From positions 44,292 through 108,291 of the forward strand of contig CAWKFM010000003.1 in assembly GCA_963849065.1 (NCBI GenBank): a stretch of 64,000 bases of DNA. The letters run 5' to 3'. The position numbers were made by a program, and so were the translations under genes. The notes below the pieces were generated by a model. The model was not told where the DNA came from, ran no database searches, and worked only from the letters and a program-made list of their open reading frames with translations. The stretch is from an uncultured Acidobacteriota bacterium (GTDB taxonomy: Bacteria; Acidobacteriota; Terriglobia; Terriglobales; Acidobacteriaceae). Of this stretch, positions 59,095-64,000 are shown piece by piece. Numbering within the stretch: position 1 is the stretch's first letter; every line of letters begins with the position of its first letter.

Positions 59095-59410
59095 GGGACG
59101 CGAGTGTGATGAGTTGGCATTCGCGGCTTATGGACGCGTGTGGTTGAGTTTCCAGAGGAGTCGAAGATGGATGGGGCGTGAGTGCGGCTGTGAGGCGCTC
59201 AGAGCTACTGGAGCCTGGGCAGGCCGTGCAGGCCGGGTTAGATTGTGAGTGAATTTACCTTCGGATTACCGATTCCCTTTGCGCCTCGTCCGCGCAGCTT
59301 CCTTGACATGCAACCGCCAGTGTCCGGCATGATATAGCCTATTCGTGCCTTACCTCGACGAGATTCTCAAGAGAGCGTTTCCGCCACTCGCTCGCCATAC
59401 CCAAGCTCCT

Positions 59411-59761
59411 TCATGGGCGGTTTCCCTCGTCCATGAGCGCAGCCACTTCCCGCACCAGGACGGGCAGCTTCGACTGGACGATGTCCCAGACGATGCGTTC
59501 ATCCACCTGGGCATAGGCATGAACCAGAATATTGCGAAAGGCAACGATGCTGCGAAAGTCGGTAATCCTTGCTGCCAGTGTGGCGTCCACGCGGGCGAGC
59601 TGCGCGAGCGCCTCGCCGATAATAGCAAAGGCCCGCTCCACTGCCATACGCAGCATCGCGTCCTGCTGGTAATTCGCAAAGCTCTTGCCGGCCGTGAACT
59701 GCGAGGCCAGTCCGGCGGCCTCCTGAATGTCATAGAGATACTTCCGCGCCTCAAGCCGCAT
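59411..59761 (-). CDS. hepT: HepT-like HEPN (DUF86) toxin
   Basis: RNILVHAY (Rx4HxY). Overlaps the upstream MNT gene by 11 nt. Confidence 0.85.
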   Translation of the reverse strand: MRLEARKYLYDIQEAAGLASQFTAGKSFANYQQDAMLRMAVERAFAIIGEALAQLARVDATLAARITDFRSIVAFRNILVHAYAQVDERIVWDIVQSKLPVLVREVAALMDEGNRP

Positions 59762-60059
59762 AGAGGAGCGCCTTACTTTGCTCGATACTCTGGCGGAAAT
59801 ATGGATTCCTGATGGCAGAACCCACGACAAGATCGACGGATCGTCCGAAGAGTTGCTCCAGCGATTCCTTGAAACCGAAAAATGAAGCGGCATAGCCGCC
59901 GTCCGGCATGGCTTCGAACTCCACCAGAAAATCGAGGTCGCTGTGCTCCGGATCGTAGGCATCGCCGAGGGCCGAACCGAACAGTTCCAACTGGCGGACG
60001 TGAAACTGGCGGCAGAGCTGGATCAACTCAGCCCGATGTTCCGCAATGGTGGAATTCAT
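59751..60059 (-). CDS. mntA: MNT-type nucleotidyltransferase antitoxin
   Basis: ELFGSALGD...DLDFLVEF (GS-x10-DxD minimal NTase motif). Confidence 0.85.
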   Translation of the reverse strand: MNSTIAEHRAELIQLCRQFHVRQLELFGSALGDAYDPEHSDLDFLVEFEAMPDGGYAASFFGFKESLEQLFGRSVDLVVGSAIRNPYFRQSIEQSKALLYAA

Positions 60060-60273
60060 GGTTTCCGCTCTCCATTTAGGGCATATCCCAGCAACTCCCT
60101 ATTGTCGCAGAAGTGCTGCTCATATGCGCATCCGGTATCCGTCGCCATGCTCAAAGCCGAACGGCATGAGCATGTGTAGATGCTAGCGATCCCGGAATGC
60201 AGTAGTCCCACACTCTTTAAGGTCGTCGAGTTCGCGAAGAAATGCACCCCACGGCTTCGGAATACGATCTGTT

Positions 60274-60954
60274 TTAGTCATTGGGCAAGTGCGCCGTAAC
60301 GAGATTGGACAGTACATGCCAAGCCCGCGCTTCTGGTGATCGATTTGTCAGCAACCAGTCTCGCTCCACCGGTGTCATATTTTCCCGGCTGAAGGTGTCT
60401 TCTTTTGCAAGCAGCGATCCGCGCAGAACTTCTTCCTGCCGCGCCAGCTGCGACGCAACTTCTGGCTGCTGTTTTTCTTCCGCGACCTTTCTCGCTAGGG
60501 TTATCGTGAATCCAAGCCGGTTCTGCAAATCACGGACCTTCGCTTCGCGCCGAACCCACTCCCAATCCATTCCGACAAAATGCCTGACCAACCATGGCAA
60601 TCCCTCCGCAACACGCCGATCCAGGTCGGGTTGCGCCAAAGTCATAACCAGAAACTGTGCGGGATTCCAGGAGGGCAAACCAGTTCGAAAGTACCCGTAT
60701 GCTGGATAGCCGAGATTGGACAACTCCTGAGCAAAATCCGCCGGCACCGATTCCGCATCTTTCCGGATAGGTAGCTTGGTCGCATCGAACTCCAGACCAA
60801 GTTTGCATAGTTTCGGTAGCCATTGAGCAGGAACCGGACGTGTTCCATGCTCCCAGAGCGAGACAAGGGTCTGCGATACCCCGAGACGGCGGGCCAACTC
60901 GTGCTGGTTCCATCCATGCTGTTTTCGTAAGGTCCTGAGATCAGCGCTGGCCAT
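60274..60954 (-). CDS. XRE-family helix-turn-helix regulator with an unassigned C-terminal domain
   Basis: LRKQHGWNQHELARRLGVSQTLVSLWEHG. Confidence 0.8.
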   Translation of the reverse strand: MASADLRTLRKQHGWNQHELARRLGVSQTLVSLWEHGTRPVPAQWLPKLCKLGLEFDATKLPIRKDAESVPADFAQELSNLGYPAYGYFRTGLPSWNPAQFLVMTLAQPDLDRRVAEGLPWLVRHFVGMDWEWVRREAKVRDLQNRLGFTITLARKVAEEKQQPEVASQLARQEEVLRGSLLAKEDTFSRENMTPVERDWLLTNRSPEARAWHVLSNLVTAHLPND

Positions 60955-60982
60955 GACGCCTCCTTCCTGCGAGATATAGAAT

Positions 60983-61000
60983 ATTACATATTGATGTAAT
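60983..61000. promoter_or_regulatory. candidate operator ATTACAT-N4-ATGTAAT upstream of the XRE gene
   Basis: Perfect 7-bp inverted repeat in an AT-rich stretch, 29-46 nt upstream of ATG 60954. Confidence 0.4.
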
Positions 61001-61073
61001 TATCAACAACCGGGTCGGCGCGTCTGCAGTAGTACCGGAAGCCTCTATCACTGCCAGCGTCCCATCGCCGTTT

Positions 61074-61283
61074 TCAGCCATCCCCATCGGACGGAACGGA
61101 TTGGCTCCTCTGAGGACTGGCCGGAGTCTTCCTGGCGACAAGATCCCGCAGCAAGTTGATCTCTTCCCTCTGTCTCACCCAATCCGCGATCAAGGCCTCA
61201 AGCGGCCTACGGGCAATCGATAAGTAGTGGGAGTCGTCGTTGGAGGCAGAAATGTCCAAGAGGATCAAGAGTAAGAAGTTCAT
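61074..61283 (-). CDS. small hypothetical protein coupled to the HNH gene
   Basis: Its ATG overlaps the HNH stop by 4 nt. Confidence 0.3.
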   Translation of the reverse strand: MNFLLLILLDISASNDDSHYLSIARRPLEALIADWVRQREEINLLRDLVARKTPASPQRSQSVPSDGDG

Positions 61284-61777
61284 GAGACTCTCGGTCGGAT
61301 TGAACCCTTGAGGAGGTTGCAGAGCCGATGCGCCGCTTGAATGTTGTCTGGGTGGTCATCGCGCCTTGCCGCTCCCATACCCTTGGGCTCGATGTGGTCG
61401 GGGACCACGTCATTGCAGTCGGTAAGCGGCAGGTGACAGATTCCGCAGTTTCCTTTTTGCGTGAAGATTTTCTGGGTGAGCACTTTCCGCAATTCCGCAG
61501 GCGAGCGAAGTTCCCGGTATCCTCTGGGATGATTCGGGTCGTCGATTCGCTCGACGCCCATTGATAGGCGTCCGGTCTTGGACGCCTCCTCGCGGCCGCA
61601 GCAGAAACGGGAGTGGTGGATGGGACAAGATTGGTTTCGGTGAAGTTTCACGGAAGTGCCCTCGTGTGTTTTGGTGGTTGCTGTGCATATCTTTGCCGGT
61701 GGGGTGTTTTGCTTCGTTCTGCTTCGGTCAAGGGATCGAAAAGCGGAGCGGATCCAGGCGCTCGCTGCGGAGCTCAT
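61280..61777 (-). CDS. HNH endonuclease
   Basis: CGICHLPL...VPDHIEPKG...DNIQAAHRLCNLLKGS (HNH/HNN core). The start is uncertain (61777 or 61561). Confidence 0.7.
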   Translation of the reverse strand: MSSAASAWIRSAFRSLDRSRTKQNTPPAKICTATTKTHEGTSVKLHRNQSCPIHHSRFCCGREEASKTGRLSMGVERIDDPNHPRGYRELRSPAELRKVLTQKIFTQKGNCGICHLPLTDCNDVVPDHIEPKGMGAARRDDHPDNIQAAHRLCNLLKGSIRPRVS

Positions 61778-62051
61778 GCGAATGCGCCTCGATGGAGCTG
61801 GAGCCAGACATTATCGGGCAATCGCCGAGTTGGAACGCAACCTGACTCGAGCGGGTCTGGCCGGCATGAGGCGGGCCAAGCTGGAAGGACGCCACATCGG
61901 CCGCCGCGCCCTGGAACTGGACGAGATCGCGATCCAGAACCAGCGAGCCGAGGGGCGCAGCCTCCGCGGCACCGCCCTGGACCACCACATCTCGACCGCC
62001 ACCATCCTGAATGTTGTGTTTCTTCTGGCCGTTGTGGCAAAGTTGCCCTAA
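61656..62051 (+). pseudogene. 5'-truncated serine recombinase (resolvase/invertase) remnant
   Basis: Only the C-terminal part is present (AIAELERNLTRAGLAGMRRAKLEGRHIGRR...EGRSLRGTALDHHISTATI). No catalytic Ser domain is present, and the upstream space is occupied by the HNH gene on the other strand. Confidence 0.5.
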
Positions 62052-62081
62052 GATTCTCAAGTCAAGCAAACCGGCATTCAT

Positions 62082-64000
62082 ATGCACGCGGCCCCGCTGG
62101 CGCGTGCTCGGCCATGGAGGCCCGTGTTGTCCAATTTCAGTGAAAAAGTCGCGTTCATCTGGTCTGTTGCGGATCTGCTCCGTGGGCCATATAAGCCCCA
62201 TCAGTACGGCAGGGTCATCCTGCCACTCACTGTTCTGCGCCGCCTGGATTGCGTTTTGGAGCCGACCAAGCAGAAGGTTCTGGACCGGCACGCCGCGCTC
62301 AAGGCAGCCGGCAGCATCAAGGACATGGAGCCGATCCTGAACCGCGTCTCCAGACATTCGTTCCACAACACCAGTAAACTCGATTTCCAGAAGCTGAAGG
62401 GCGACCCGGACAAGATCGCCACCAATCTGGCGCACTACATAAAGAACTTCTCCACGGACGCGCGAAAGATCTTCGAGCACTTCGAGTTCGACAAGGAGAT
62501 CGGCAAGCTGGCGGAGGCGGACCGCCTCTTCCTGGTCGTCTCCAAGTTTGCCGACATCGACCTGCACCCCGACGCCGTGCCCAACCACGAGATGGGCTTG
62601 ATCTTCGAGGACCTCATCCGGCGCTTTAATGAAGCGTCGAACGAAACGGCCGGCGACCACTTCACGCCGCGCGAGGTCATCCGGCTGATGGTGAACCTGC
62701 TGTTCACTCCGGATTCCGGAGTCCTGCGCACCAAGGGCATCGTGCGCACGCTGTACGATCCGGCATGCGGTACCGGCGGTATGTTGAGCGTGGCCGAGGA
62801 GTTCCTGCGTGAGCTGAACCCGGACGCCAAGCTCGAAGTCTTCGGCCAGGATTACAACGACGACGCATACGCAGTCTGTTGCTCGGACATGATGATTAAG
62901 GGCCAGTCGCCGGAGAACATTTGCTTCGGCAACAGCTTCACCGCCGATGGGCTGCCGGGGAAGAAGTTCGAATACCTGCTGGCGAATCCGCCCTTCGGCG
63001 TCGAGTGGAAGCCGGAGGCCGACGCCATCGTCAAGGAACACGAGGAGCAGGGCTTCGGCGGGCGCTTTGGCGCCGGGCTGCCGCGCATCAACGACGGCTC
63101 CTTCCTATTCATCCAGCACATGATCTCCAAGATGAAACCAGAGGGCGCGCGGCTGGCCATCGTCTTCAACGGCTCGCCGCTGTTCACCGGAGACGCCGGT
63201 TCGGGCGAAAGCGAGATCCGCCGCTGGATCATCGAGCGGGACTGGCTGGAGGCGATCATCGCCCTGCCGGACCAGATGTTTTACAACACCGGCATCTCCA
63301 CCTACATCTGGGTGCTCACCAACCGGAAGCGCAAGGAGCGCCGCGGCAAGGTCCAGCTTATCAATGCCACCGACCTCTTCCAAAAGATGAGGAAGAGTTT
63401 GGGCAACAAGCGCAACGAACTCTCCGACGAGAACATCGCCGAGATCGTTGGCATATACGGCGACATCACGAAGAATGGCCGTTCCAAGCTCTTTGATAAC
63501 TCCGACTTTGGCTATCGGCAGATCACCGTTGAGCGCCCGCTGCGGCTGGCCTTCCAGGTCACTGCGGAGCGCATCGAGGAGCTCCAGCAGGAGATGGCCT
63601 TCCAGAAGCTGGCGACAAGCAAGAAGAAGGGCAAGGAAGGCCGGCGCGAGATTGAGGCTGGGAAAAAGCTCCAGCAGGAGATCGTTGCTATGCTCGAAGG
63701 CATGGTCAGTGCCACGGCGGAAGAGAGCCGCCCGGCTTTTGAGCAGCGTCTTGCGGAAGAGTTAAAGTTGGCCGAAGTGAAGCTGGCCGCGCCGGTTCGG
63801 AAGGCAATTCTCAATACCATGTCCGAGCGCGACGAGAGCGCGGACATTTGCCTCGATGCTGACGGCAACCCGGAGCCGGACAGCGAACTGCGCGACTACG
63901 AGAACGTGCCGCTCAAGGAAGACATTCGCGAATATTTCCGCCGTGAGGTTCTGCCGCACGTGCCGGACGCTTGGATCGATGAGGCGAAGACGAAGATTGG
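62082..64000 (+). CDS. hsdM: type I restriction-modification system DNA methyltransferase subunit, 3' end outside the window
   Basis: My own translation of this frame: NFSEKVAFIWSVADLLRGPYK, DPACGTGGML (SAM binding), LLANPPFG (NPPF catalytic motif), FLFIQHMISK. The frame stays open to nt 64000, so it is absent from the ORF track. Start candidates are ATG 62082 and GTG 62124. Confidence 0.9.
   Translation, partial: MHAAPLARARPWRPVLSNFSEKVAFIWSVADLLRGPYKPHQYGRVILPLTVLRRLDCVLEPTKQKVLDRHAALKAAGSIKDMEPILNRVSRHSFHNTSKLDFQKLKGDPDKIATNLAHYIKNFSTDARKIFEHFEFDKEIGKLAEADRLFLVVSKFADIDLHPDAVPNHEMGLIFEDLIRRFNEASNETAGDHFTPREVIRLMVNLLFTPDSGVLRTKGIVRTLYDPACGTGGMLSVAEEFLRELNPDAKLEVFGQDYNDDAYAVCCSDMMIKGQSPENICFGNSFTADGLPGKKFEYLLANPPFGVEWKPEADAIVKEHEEQGFGGRFGAGLPRINDGSFLFIQHMISKMKPEGARLAIVFNGSPLFTGDAGSGESEIRRWIIERDWLEAIIALPDQMFYNTGISTYIWVLTNRKRKERRGKVQLINATDLFQKMRKSLGNKRNELSDENIAEIVGIYGDITKNGRSKLFDNSDFGYRQITVERPLRLAFQVTAERIEELQQEMAFQKLATSKKKGKEGRREIEAGKKLQQEIVAMLEGMVSATAEESRPAFEQRLAEELKLAEVKLAAPVRKAILNTMSERDESADICLDADGNPEPDSELRDYENVPLKEDIREYFRREVLPHVPDAWIDEAKTKI

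Larger units (their letters stand above)
43982..64000. mobile_element. integrative genomic island inserted beside tRNA-Cys; right boundary lies beyond the window
   Basis: A tyrosine integrase and excisionase sit directly after the tRNA. By eye there is a drop in GC and a loss of the long antisense shadow ORFs seen in the high-GC part. The cargo consists of TA, R-M, nuclease-like and MGE-typical AAA/VWA genes. Confidence 0.7.

Noticed and set aside
61728-63041. 437-aa minus-strand ORF
   Set aside because: It is antisense to hsdM, whose frame has unambiguous SAM-binding and NPPF motifs.

Overview
High-GC bacterial chromosome segment. The gene content and pilin style look Acidobacteriota-like, but that is an inference. 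It has two parts. (1) nt 1-43.7k is core genome: a MurNAc/peptidoglycan-recycling cluster (hydrolase-NamZ fusion, SSS transporter, murQ, MFS), then GNAT, DJ-1/PfpI, rlmN and an M16 peptidase. Next come three tandem prepilin-type pilin genes, each with its own near-consensus sigma54 promoter and terminator. These are followed by an ABC-2/TPR/LolA-like operon, a type IVa-pilus/T2SS-like machinery operon (pilC-pilB-pilM-pilN-pilO-pilP-like plus an odd Thr/Gly/Ser-rich pseudopilin-like gene), erpA, rnd and serA plus an aminotransferase. After an SH3 lipoprotein-like gene and two unknowns lies a complete hypFCDE-hoxEFUYH-hoxW locus (NAD-linked bidirectional [NiFe]-hydrogenase), then a receiver-only response regulator, an orphan ABC ATPase, tRNA-Gly(GCC) and tRNA-Cys(GCA). 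(2) From the 3' end of tRNA-Cys (about 43.98k) to the window end is an integrative island that looks lower in GC by eye. It carries a tyrosine integrase and excisionase, and a 3-gene unknown cluster (273/214/1094 aa) with an Rx4H HEPN-like motif and a MIT_C/PLD-like DPF...HDRY motif. A MoxR-like AAA / DUF3150-like / VWA-metallopeptidase module is split by two unknown genes: a 607-aa protein with a PD-(D/E)xK-like C-terminus and a 452-aa protein with an AlbA_2/Schlafen-like C-terminus. The island also holds an MNT/HepT toxin-antitoxin pair, an XRE regulator, an HNH nuclease, a resolvase remnant and a type I R-M hsdM that runs off the window and is absent from the ORF track. The best candidates for an undescribed system are the 46.6-51.6k trio and the 53.1-56.7k pair. 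No rRNA or CRISPR array was seen. All family assignments are from motif recognition by eye, without database searches.
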